Assembly (NCBI GenBank): GCA_944372055.1
Contig: CALVYF010000003.1
Coordinates: forward strand, 8,435-72,434
Source of the DNA: an uncultured Bacilli bacterium
Lineage (GTDB): Bacteria; Bacillota_I; Bacilli_A; RF39; UBA660
Reading direction: 5' to 3'
DNA length: 64,000 bases
The position numbers and the translations under genes are program-made. Shown in pieces: positions 55,560-64,000 of this stretch (within the stretch, counting starts at the first letter, position 1; every line of letters begins with the position of its first letter). The notes beneath the pieces are model-generated. The model worked only from the letters and a program-made list of their open reading frames with translations. It ran no database searches and had not been told where the DNA came from.

Positions 55560-57845
55560 TTACTCTCCTTCTACATCTTCCCCAGTATTATCTAATTGAA
55601 CTAAAACTTCTCTAGGTTTAGAACCATTCGCTGGTCCAATAATACCACGCTCTTCTAACAAGTCAACAAGTCTAGCTGCACGGTTATAGCCAAGTTTAAA
55701 TCGTCTTTGCAAAAGAGAAGCACTTGCTTTTTGACTTTCAATGACAAATTGAACAATATCGTTATATAGTGGATCTTCATCATTCGCTGCATCGCCAAAC
55801 TCTTGTCCACTAACATTACTTACATTATGATCAATAGATTCCAAATTCATTAGCGCCTCATCATATTGAGCTTTTTGTTGTTCCACGGTGAAATCAATAA
55901 TTCGCTTAATCTCATCATCCGTAATAAAAGAACCTTGAATACGGGTTGGAGAATTAACACCAATTGGTAAGAACAACATATCTCCTTTACCAAGTAATTT
56001 TTCAGCTCCAGTTTGATCCAAGATGGTACGAGAATCAATTCCTGAACCTACCGCAAAAGAAATACGAGATGGAATATTTGCTTTAATTAGACCAGTAATA
56101 ACATCCGTAGATGGTCTTTGAGTTGCAACAATCAAATGAATTCCTGCCGCACGCGCTTTTTGTGTAATTCTAAGGATAGAATCCTCAACTTCTTTTGCAG
56201 CAACCATCATCAAATCAGCAAGCTCATCAATAATAACAACAATATATGGAAGCTTTGCTTTAGTAACTCCGTCGGCTTGATGATCTTTATTCCATTTATC
56301 AATATAAGCATTATAACTTTCGATATTTTTAGTTTTTGTTTCACTAAAAGTCTCATAACGTCTTTCCATTTCAGCAACCATCTTTGCTAAAGCAACAGCC
56401 GCTTTCTTAGGATCAGAAACAACAGGACACATCAAATGTGGCACGCCATTATAAACAGATAATTCAACAACTTTAGGGTCAACCATAACAAGTTTAACTT
56501 CATCTGGACGAGCACGCATCAAAATAGAACAAATAATTCCATTAATACATACCGATTTACCACTACCAGTAGTACCAGCAACTAACATATGTGGCATTTT
56601 ATTAATTTCACAAACACCAATATCACCCATGATACTTTTACCAAGAGGAACCATAAGTTTCTTATCCATAGCATTCATCATCTGTTTACTACTAATAATT
56701 TCATAAAAACTAACAGGAGTCGCAACATCATTAGCAAACTCAATACCTACAGTATTTTTACCAGGAATAGGAGCTTCAATTCTAACATCCTTTTTAGCAA
56801 GAGCTAAAGCAATCTCACGATTAATACTAGTAATCTTATTAACTCTAGTACCACTAGCAATCTCTAATTCGTATTGAGCAACCGTAGGACCTATATGTAC
56901 TTCAACTACTTTACCAACAATTTTAAAGTCTTTTAATACCTTCTCTAAAATCTCAATATTCTTTTCAATAGAAGCTTCATCCGTTTCCTTCTGTTTCTTT
57001 TTCGGTTGATTTAATAAACTAATTGGTGGTAACTGATACTCATGATTAGTAGTAGGAACTTCTTTACTAACATCAGCCTCTTTAACACCTACTTCTTCTT
57101 TTACAGGAACTTTCTTTAACTCATCAATACTAGTAATCTTAATATGCTTATCTTTCTCTTCAAGAGTATCTTCTTCCTCTTCTTCTCCATTACTAATAAT
57201 AACAGCCTTCTTATCTTCTTTTTCCCCATTAAGAGCCTTACGTTCTTTTGCTTCTCGAAGCTTCTCTTTCTGAGATGATACTTTATCTCTAACAAAATCA
57301 ACAATAGAAAATCCAGTAAATAAACAAAATCCAACAACAATAAACACCCAGGAAACAATCTGCATACCTGTATAAGAGAACAACTTATCAAAGATAATCG
57401 CAAAAATACAACCAATAATGCCTCCACCAACAGAATACCAATTCTCTAACATTCCTGTATTCATAATCCCATGAAAAGAAGCAACCAACTGATCCATAGT
57501 AGTCTTAAAAATAAGCATCACATTGCCATCATGTTCTAAAACAAAATCTTGATGCATAATTACTAAAAAGCCAATAGTAAGAATATAAAGACCTATAAGC
57601 TTTGTAGAAAAAAAATCAGGCCATTCTCTTTTTATAAGTAAATATCCGCCAACAATAAAAACAACAGCCAATAAAACCATATAAATAGAACCTACTAAAA
57701 ACAAAGCAAAAGAAGCAACAAATTCACCAGCTACTCCTAACTTGCCAATTCCCAAAACAGATAAAACAAGTAAAATAAGTCCTATTAACTCAGATTTATA
57801 TTCAAATGTTTTCTTTGTTTGTTTTTTTCGTTTCTTTTTTGCCAT
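55560..57845 (-). CDS. ftsK: DNA translocase FtsK/SpoIIIE
   Basis: N-terminal TM helices and an acidic linker. Motor domain with Walker A AGTTGSGKSV and Walker B VVIIDELADL. Gamma domain LLQRRFKLGYNRAARLVDLLE. Confidence 0.95.
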   Translation of the reverse strand: MAKKKRKKQTKKTFEYKSELIGLILLVLSVLGIGKLGVAGEFVASFALFLVGSIYMVLLAVVFIVGGYLLIKREWPDFFSTKLIGLYILTIGFLVIMHQDFVLEHDGNVMLIFKTTMDQLVASFHGIMNTGMLENWYSVGGGIIGCIFAIIFDKLFSYTGMQIVSWVFIVVGFCLFTGFSIVDFVRDKVSSQKEKLREAKERKALNGEKEDKKAVIISNGEEEEEDTLEEKDKHIKITSIDELKKVPVKEEVGVKEADVSKEVPTTNHEYQLPPISLLNQPKKKQKETDEASIEKNIEILEKVLKDFKIVGKVVEVHIGPTVAQYELEIASGTRVNKITSINREIALALAKKDVRIEAPIPGKNTVGIEFANDVATPVSFYEIISSKQMMNAMDKKLMVPLGKSIMGDIGVCEINKMPHMLVAGTTGSGKSVCINGIICSILMRARPDEVKLVMVDPKVVELSVYNGVPHLMCPVVSDPKKAAVALAKMVAEMERRYETFSETKTKNIESYNAYIDKWNKDHQADGVTKAKLPYIVVIIDELADLMMVAAKEVEDSILRITQKARAAGIHLIVATQRPSTDVITGLIKANIPSRISFAVGSGIDSRTILDQTGAEKLLGKGDMLFLPIGVNSPTRIQGSFITDDEIKRIIDFTVEQQKAQYDEALMNLESIDHNVSNVSGQEFGDAANDEDPLYNDIVQFVIESQKASASLLQRRFKLGYNRAARLVDLLEERGIIGPANGSKPREVLVQLDNTGEDVEGE

Positions 57846-57949
57846 ACTCTATACTCCTTACATTATGTATCTACTCATTCAAATTATACTACAAATAAAC
57901 AAAATACTAAATACAAAAATAAAAATTTAACAGTAAAGAAGAAAAAGTA

Positions 57950-59020
57950 TTACAACATCTTTTGTATAATCTTATTTTTTTCATGAAAGTTCCAATGCAC
58001 TCCTTCTTCACTTGTAATATGATAATTATTATCACTATGCAAAAAAGAAACATCCATGGAACTAACTTCTTCATTTTCATAATGCACCTCTGCCAAATAT
58101 GCAACAACACCATTTAAATTATATTTACTAGTAGAAGGAGCTCCTAAAAAAAGTTGTTGTTTATAATCAGAAACATCAGTAGTATAGACAAAGGCATGGT
58201 GCAAGTGTCCAGACCACAAAACATCATACACTTCATCTAGCCATCTACTTTCCTGTTTCATATCACAAAGTTCAAACAATTTAACTTCTCTACGAATACC
58301 ACTAACATAAAGCCTATGACCAAAATGCATAGAAACATTAGAAAAATCAGTTTTCCAACTTGGCTTAGGAATAATATAAAAACTAGGATGATAAGCATTT
58401 AAATAACGTAAATCAAAAATACTAGAATATGGATGCTCACGACTGAGTTGAAAAAATCCATGAAGAAATTCATCATGATTTCCAATATTAGCATAAGTCA
58501 TCATTTCTTGACTAGTTGGATTAGGATAATCACAAATAAACTCCCGGATTTGTTTTAACATATCTTCAACTGAAAAATCCCCATAAAGAGGTCCATGAAA
58601 AATATCCCCTAAATGAAAACACTTAGAAGCACCATTTGCAATTGCATAATTATATACCGCATCTAAAAGACGAAAATCTGCAAATTCCGGATGTCCAATA
58701 TGAGTATCTGAAATAACCAAAAATTTTTTATCATGAATATTATCATCCACCGTAAAAGAATAGTGGCGTCTAGAATAACTAGATTTATGTAGATGTTCAT
58801 TCTCAATATATCGATAAACTGCTCCCTTATTCCATGTATCATCACGTAAAATACAACCATAGTCAACCAACAAATCAGAAACAATGCCAAAAAAATCTTC
58901 ATCAGCAAGCTCTACTTTCTTAGCTTGTAATAAAGATTTTAATTCATTTTCTGTAATACCATCAGATTCTCTAATACTATCACATACACAAGTTTGTAAT
59001 TTTTCCGTATTCAAATACAT
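57950..59020 (-). CDS. Calcineurin-like metallophosphoesterase with a ~100-aa N-terminal extra domain
   Basis: VISDTHIGH, GDIFHG, GNHDE and GHLHH motifs. Trimmed to the ATG at 59020, with GGTGA upstream. Confidence 0.75.
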   Translation of the reverse strand: MYLNTEKLQTCVCDSIRESDGITENELKSLLQAKKVELADEDFFGIVSDLLVDYGCILRDDTWNKGAVYRYIENEHLHKSSYSRRHYSFTVDDNIHDKKFLVISDTHIGHPEFADFRLLDAVYNYAIANGASKCFHLGDIFHGPLYGDFSVEDMLKQIREFICDYPNPTSQEMMTYANIGNHDEFLHGFFQLSREHPYSSIFDLRYLNAYHPSFYIIPKPSWKTDFSNVSMHFGHRLYVSGIRREVKLFELCDMKQESRWLDEVYDVLWSGHLHHAFVYTTDVSDYKQQLFLGAPSTSKYNLNGVVAYLAEVHYENEEVSSMDVSFLHSDNNYHITSEEGVHWNFHEKNKIIQKML

Positions 59021-59097
59021 ATAATCACCAATTAGCATTATATTATAATGGATAAAAGAAAAATATACAAGATTTTAAAATTGTCTAATAAACGATA

Positions 59098-59628
59098 CTA
59101 AACTTTCTTCTTACAATACCCTTGCCCTATCTCTTCGGCACAAGAGAAAGCAACAAAATCACTTAAATGTTCGCAAGAATCTAAATAATAAACATTAGAA
59201 AAATTTTCAATATATTCCATATCTCGATCCCATTCCGAAAGCATCCTAGAAATATATCTATCAGTGTTATTTCGCTCAACATACCTTTTTCTATACTCTT
59301 CTTTTAACTCTCTCCTAGGAGCAACAATAGTAAATGGTAACTGACAATCCGAAAGTAAAGAAAGAATTTCTGTTTTAAACACTACCAAAATATAAGAATA
59401 TTCATCTTTATGATATAAATCACTAATAGCATCAATATAATTATAGGGCCAAGAAAGATTAAGTCTTTTCTCCGTACAATCCTTTCTTTTTTCTAAATCA
59501 CGGGCTACTTTAGGATTGTCATAAATCCAATGATAATCCGAAGAATCTATATCAACAACATCACTAAAGGTTTTTCCTAAATATGTTTTACCAACCCCGG
59601 GATATCCAACAATTATTTTTGTTTTCAT
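59098..59628 (-). CDS. Small P-loop NTPase/kinase-like protein (176 aa)
   Basis: Walker A GYPGVGKTYLGK. Trimmed to the ATG at 59628, with GAGGAGA upstream. Confidence 0.6.
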   Translation of the reverse strand: MKTKIIVGYPGVGKTYLGKTFSDVVDIDSSDYHWIYDNPKVARDLEKRKDCTEKRLNLSWPYNYIDAISDLYHKDEYSYILVVFKTEILSLLSDCQLPFTIVAPRRELKEEYRKRYVERNNTDRYISRMLSEWDRDMEYIENFSNVYYLDSCEHLSDFVAFSCAEEIGQGYCKKKV

Positions 59629-59749
59629 AAATTTCTCCTCTTCTAAATTAATGCAATATTTACTTGAATTATAAGTCAAAACAAAATATAATAAAAATAC
59701 TTTTTACTCATATCAGAAATAACTACAAGTTATGAAAGGAACAAAATTT

Positions 59750-60640
59750 ATGAATATTAATTTTGAATTATATAAAACATTTTATAGTGTTGCGAAAAAC
59801 AAAAACATCACAAAAGCTTCCCATGAATTAATGATTAGCCAACCAGCAGTAAGTAAAGCTATAAAATCACTAGAGGAACAATTAAACTGTTCTTTGTTTA
59901 TTAGAAATAAATATGGTGTAACCCTAACAGAAGAAGGAAAAGATTTTTTTGAAAACATAAAACTAGCCATAGAGATGATAGAAAATGCAGAAGAAAATCT
60001 TCAGGAAACACTAAACCTAGAATGTGGAACTTTATCCATCGGCGTAAGTAATACCCTAACACAAAAGTACTTACTTCCTTATATTGAAAAATACCACAAT
60101 CTTCATCCTAAAATCAAAATTAAAATAGTAACAAATCCAACATTCCAATTAATTACACAAGCAAGAAGTGGTCTAATTGATTTAATCATTTTAAATTTAC
60201 CATATGAATTACCTACTGATTTTAAAGAAATAAAATTAAAAAAAGTAAGGGATTGTTTCTTTGCAAATAATAACTGGAAAAATCTAAAAAGCACCACCAT
60301 ACCATTAAAATCATTAGAAAAATACCCATTAATTTTAATCGCAAAAGGATCAAATACTAGAACATTCTTAGATAATTTTTGTGAAAAAAACAATGTAACT
60401 TTAACACCAGAAATGGAACTAACTAGTCATCATCTAGTAACATCATTCGCCAAAATAGGATTAGGTATAGGATATGGAACCAAGGAGTTTATACAAAAAG
60501 AACTAACAAACAAAGAATTATTTGAAATAAAAACTTCACCAAAAATACCAGAACGATATATAGGAGCAAGCTACTTAAAACAAAAAGAATTAAATAAAGC
60601 TTCACAGACATTCTTAAATTTATTAAAAGAAAAAAGTTAG
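59750..60640 (+). CDS. LysR-family transcriptional regulator
   Basis: N-terminal HTH FYSVAKNKNITKASHELMISQPAVSKAIKSLEEQL plus a LysR substrate-binding domain of the expected length. Confidence 0.88.
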   Translation: MNINFELYKTFYSVAKNKNITKASHELMISQPAVSKAIKSLEEQLNCSLFIRNKYGVTLTEEGKDFFENIKLAIEMIENAEENLQETLNLECGTLSIGVSNTLTQKYLLPYIEKYHNLHPKIKIKIVTNPTFQLITQARSGLIDLIILNLPYELPTDFKEIKLKKVRDCFFANNNWKNLKSTTIPLKSLEKYPLILIAKGSNTRTFLDNFCEKNNVTLTPEMELTSHHLVTSFAKIGLGIGYGTKEFIQKELTNKELFEIKTSPKIPERYIGASYLKQKELNKASQTFLNLLKEKS

Positions 60641-60659
60641 AAAATTCTAACTTTTTTTT
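60635..60659 (+). terminator. Rho-independent terminator of the LysR gene
   Basis: Stem AGTTAGAA (60635-60642) pairs with TTCTAACT (60645-60652), followed by a run of 7 T. Confidence 0.6.
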
Positions 60660-60661
60660 AA

Positions 60662-60683
60662 TAAAAAAAGAGCTTAAGCTCTT
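60662..60683 (-). terminator. Rho-independent terminator of efp
   Basis: Stem AAGAGC (60668-60673) pairs with GCTCTT (60678-60683). The stop codon sits in the loop, and a T-run follows on the minus strand. Confidence 0.5.
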
Positions 60684-61231
60684 GATACATATTTACCATC
60701 ACTAGTAGATACGATGATTTTTTCTCCTTCTTCAATAAATAAAGGAACACGCACAATATAACCAGTTTCAACTTCAGCATCTTTTAATGCATTATTTGTA
60801 GTATTACCTTTAACTGCTGCCTCAGTATGAGTAATTGTTAATTCTACTTTATCAGGTAAATCAATACCTAATACTTCACCTTCAAACATAGTAATATATA
60901 CTTCTAAGTTTTCTTTTAAGAATTTAGCATTATCACCAACAATATCTTTAGATAATTCTAATTGCTCATAAGTATCCATATTCATGAAATAATAAACATC
61001 ACTCATAGTATATAAATATTGCATTAATTGTTTATCAATATGTGCAGTAGCAACTTTTACACCAGCATTAAAAGTCTTTTCAAAGATAGCACCCGTTCTT
61101 AAATTTTTAAGCTTAGCTTTAACAATAGCTGCTCCTTTTCCAGGTTTAACATGTTGTGTATCCATAACAACATAAATTGCGCCATCTACTTCAATTGTAA
61201 TACCGTTTTTTAAATCATTTGTACTAATCAT
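60674..61231 (-). CDS. efp: Translation elongation factor P
   Basis: MISTNDLKNGITIEVDG...VKPGKGAAIVKAKLKNLRTG. Trimmed from a GTG to the ATG at 61231, with GGGAG upstream. Confidence 0.93.
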   Translation of the reverse strand: MISTNDLKNGITIEVDGAIYVVMDTQHVKPGKGAAIVKAKLKNLRTGAIFEKTFNAGVKVATAHIDKQLMQYLYTMSDVYYFMNMDTYEQLELSKDIVGDNAKFLKENLEVYITMFEGEVLGIDLPDKVELTITHTEAAVKGNTTNNALKDAEVETGYIVRVPLFIEEGEKIIVSTSDGKYVSRA

Positions 61232-61277
61232 AAAACTCACTCCCTATATAAAATTAAAAATAAGTGGTTAACTTATT

Positions 61278-61442
61278 TTATTTCTTTTCCTTATGTGTTG
61301 TATGTTTTCTACATTTAGGACAATACTTACTAATTTCAAGACGTTCTGTAGTATTTTGTACATTTCTAGGTTTTCTATAGTTCTCTTCTTTACATTCAGT
61401 ACAAACAAGAGTCTTCATTTGTCTTTTTCCTTCTTTAGCCAT
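61278..61442 (-). CDS. rpmG: 50S ribosomal protein L33 (54 aa, zinc-ribbon C+ form); missed by the ORF track
   Basis: My own translation is MAKEGKRQMKTLVCTECKEENYRKPRNVQNTTERLEISKYCPKCRKHTTHKEKK, with CxxC...CxxC. SD GGAGGG lies 6 nt upstream. Confidence 0.88.
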   Translation of the reverse strand: MAKEGKRQMKTLVCTECKEENYRKPRNVQNTTERLEISKYCPKCRKHTTHKEKK

Positions 61443-61589
61443 TTCTATCCCTCCTTACACGCCTATAGGTATTATATCAAAAAAACCTTAAATTGCAAAA
61501 GTTTTTTTACAATAATTACTTATTTTTTATTTCTTTTCTAAAAACTTTAGGATATCCCACATGAAAATCAGAAGAAAAAGAAACTCAAT

Positions 61590-63653
61590 TTACCTATAAT
61601 ATAATTCAAAAAATTTATTAGTAACTTCTTTAGTAATATGTAGGGTTACTAAACTAGCATAATCAGTATTAGAATTAGGATGAGAAGAATTAGGAGAAGT
61701 TACCATAATTGTCATCACTGGATCATTCGCAGGTGCATATCCAACAAAGGAAGATGTAATAGTTTCTGTATCGATAATACCGTTACCATCGGTATCTATA
61801 AAACTTTGAGAAGTTCCTGTCTTACCAGCAGCATCCCACTTATCATCAATATAACCTCGTCCATAACCGCTAGCAGAATGCATAACTGCATAAAAGCCTT
61901 CTTTAACGCGTGCCATATATTCAGGTTTTGTATCTATAGTATTTAATACTTTTTTCTCAACAGTTAACATAGTCTCTCCCAAACTAGAATCCTCTGTAGA
62001 TTTATGAACTTCTTTTAATAAATGTGGAACAAGTCTACTACCACCATTCGCAATCGTTGTAACATATTGTGATAACTGAAGCGGAGTATAAGATTCATAC
62101 TGTCCCATAACAAAATCCAGTAAATTACCAGAATTAGTATCTTCCTTAGCATCATACCCTATCCCCTCAGAAGGTAAATCAATTTCTGTTGCTACTCCAA
62201 GTCCAAAGGAATGATACATATTCCGATAAGTATCAAAAGCTTTTTGATTAAAATTAAGCTTCATCCCACGAGAGTATTCTTGTCCATTCACACGAATAGC
62301 CGCTTTAAACTGATAGACATTACTACTCTTAGCCAAAGCTGTAATATCATTAATAGTTCCTAAATTATTAACCGAAGAACATTTCTCGGGAGCACCAGCG
62401 ACTTTAACACATTCATCAACCATATACTCTCCAATTTTAACCGCACCAGTATTATAGGCAACTAACATAGAGGCACCTTTCACAACAGAACCTGGAGTAA
62501 TAGGAAGCATAAAAACACTAGTCGTATTATCAACAACGTTATCTCCTGCCAAACGTTTGGAAGCCATAGCTAAAATCTCCCCTGTCTCAGGATCTTGAAT
62601 AACGACACTAGAATGATCATAATATTCTGTATTAGGTTCAGATTTTGTCTTTAAAATTTGTTCAGTCAGAATTCTTTCTACTTCTTGCTGTAGTTCTATA
62701 TCAATAGATAAAACAATATCATTACCACGTTTACCCTCTTTAGTTAGTTTTAATTCATGAGAATTAACCACTTGATATTCAGCCTTCTCACCTCGTAAAT
62801 ACTCTTCATATTGTTTCTCAATATAACTAAGTCCAACACGGTCATTTAAAGCATATCCCTTAGATAAATATTCATTTTTCTCTTCGGCAGGCAACCCCTG
62901 AGTAGTAGTAGATACAGTACCTAAAACACTACGAAAAGTATCTCCGTAAGGATAAACTCTCTCCCAATCTAAAACTGTATTAAACCCATCTAATTCACCA
63001 TTATGTTCAGCGATATAAGCATACTCTGCATCCGTAGCTTCTTCTTTAATAATCTTTTCATCATACGTATATCCTTTATTCATTAAATAATATAAATAAG
63101 CAGCTTTTAAATCAGCATCAGTAAATGTTGCTAACTCAGAATCTGTAATACGGTCAATCTTTAACTCCTCTAAATCATTAGTACTAAGCTCCCCAGTCTT
63201 AACTTTCTCTTTTTCTTTTTTAGTAATCTTTTTAGCACACACATCAGGATATTTAGCTAAGTAAAATTCTCTTTTAGACCTATCAGTTAAGCTAGAATAA
63301 GAAAGTTCTAAATGCGGTGAAACCGTGTAAGCAAGTTCAATCATTCTACTAGTAGAAATATCTTTATCTTTCTTATAAGTAATACTCTGAATCGCTTTAT
63401 TATCTACAATAATTTTATGATTCCTATCATAAATTCTTCCTCTAGGTGCACTAGTACCTTCTACTTTAGTATAAGAAAGTTCTTTTAAAGACTTTTTATA
63501 ATCTTCAGAATCAATAATCATAACTGTATATAATTTGATTCCTAAAACACCAAACATTATAAGAAGAACAACAAAAAAAACTAAAAAACGTTTAGAAATA
63601 ATTCGATTATAATTTATTTTCTTTTCAGGCCGATTCAAATTAAGTTTTTTCAT
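61590..63653 (-). CDS. Class B penicillin-binding protein (PBP2B/FtsI/SpoVD-like transpeptidase)
   Basis: N-terminal TM segment and dimerisation domain. Transpeptidase motifs SVVK, SSN and KTGT. Confidence 0.9.
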   Translation of the reverse strand: MKKLNLNRPEKKINYNRIISKRFLVFFVVLLIMFGVLGIKLYTVMIIDSEDYKKSLKELSYTKVEGTSAPRGRIYDRNHKIIVDNKAIQSITYKKDKDISTSRMIELAYTVSPHLELSYSSLTDRSKREFYLAKYPDVCAKKITKKEKEKVKTGELSTNDLEELKIDRITDSELATFTDADLKAAYLYYLMNKGYTYDEKIIKEEATDAEYAYIAEHNGELDGFNTVLDWERVYPYGDTFRSVLGTVSTTTQGLPAEEKNEYLSKGYALNDRVGLSYIEKQYEEYLRGEKAEYQVVNSHELKLTKEGKRGNDIVLSIDIELQQEVERILTEQILKTKSEPNTEYYDHSSVVIQDPETGEILAMASKRLAGDNVVDNTTSVFMLPITPGSVVKGASMLVAYNTGAVKIGEYMVDECVKVAGAPEKCSSVNNLGTINDITALAKSSNVYQFKAAIRVNGQEYSRGMKLNFNQKAFDTYRNMYHSFGLGVATEIDLPSEGIGYDAKEDTNSGNLLDFVMGQYESYTPLQLSQYVTTIANGGSRLVPHLLKEVHKSTEDSSLGETMLTVEKKVLNTIDTKPEYMARVKEGFYAVMHSASGYGRGYIDDKWDAAGKTGTSQSFIDTDGNGIIDTETITSSFVGYAPANDPVMTIMVTSPNSSHPNSNTDYASLVTLHITKEVTNKFFELYYR

Positions 63654-63729
63654 ATCATCCCTCTTTTCACTAATATATATTCTACCACATTTTTATAAAC
63701 TTATTTCATATATTTTAATGAGGTGAATT

Positions 63730-63981
63730 ATGTATAAAGAATTAATAAAAAAATGGATACCCAATATTACTCCAACCATAATAAAAGAATATGGAGAAAA
63801 AATAGGTATTAAACTAAAAGACTCCGAAACAACTATATTATATCAATTTATCAAAAAAAATTATAGCGAAATTTTGGATGGAAATGAAAATAGTTTTAAA
63901 GAATTAAAAGAGCAATTAAATCCTAACATATATCAAAAATTATTAAATCTATATCAACAAGCTAAAGAAAAATACTTGTAA
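63730..63981 (+). CDS. Small DUF2624-like protein (83 aa)
   Basis: SD GAGGTGA. The family resemblance (N-terminal ...ITPTIIKEYGEKIGIKL...) is tentative. Confidence 0.4.
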   Translation: MYKELIKKWIPNITPTIIKEYGEKIGIKLKDSETTILYQFIKKNYSEILDGNENSFKELKEQLNPNIYQKLLNLYQQAKEKYL

Positions 63982-64000
63982 CGACTAATCACTCTATATA

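Noticed and set aside
61293-61541. 82-aa plus-strand track ORF
   Set aside because: The opposite strand encodes a textbook ribosomal protein L33 with a strong SD at 61278-61442. The plus-strand ORF is its antisense shadow.

Overview
This is an AT-rich chromosomal segment of low-GC Bacillota type. All functions are inferred from motifs read by eye, and no database search was possible. I call 59 CDS, 49 of them on the minus strand, plus one tRNA-Met and several rho-independent terminators. I found no transposase, integrase, CRISPR array or rRNA. The housekeeping backbone includes helD, a PGM/PMM-family mutase, uppP, a CBS-type family II pyrophosphatase, a DnaB/DnaD-like replication protein, YlbL/YlbJ-like genes, tmk, hemW, lepA, two flavoproteins, an M16 peptidase pair, deoD, ftsK, efp, rpmG (absent from the ORF track) and a class B PBP. 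Two OmpR/HK two-component systems are also present. The accessory content is more interesting. (1) A type IV pilus/Com-like apparatus is split over three loci: pilC-pilD at 21.9-24.2 kb, a ComGA-like ATPase divergent from two minor pilins at 38.1-41.2 kb, and two giant modular pilins at 11.2-15.7 kb. (2) The two giant pilin genes share a 1073-bp block that reads as base-identical, followed by different Cys-module cassettes. (3) One minor pilin is separated by a single in-frame TAG from a Pro/Asp linker and a Trp/Cys-rich module. (4) A tightly coupled operon encodes an FHA-FHA-ABC(ABC-2) exporter, a Ser/Thr kinase with a Cys-hairpin repeat ectodomain, and a membrane alpha/beta hydrolase. This resembles the mycobacterial PknF/Rv1747 pair. 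(5) A translationally coupled pair at 270-1318 has a RelE/ParE-like fold buried in a 258-aa protein. Coordinates of several CDS were trimmed from the ORF track to ATG starts that have a Shine-Dalgarno sequence.
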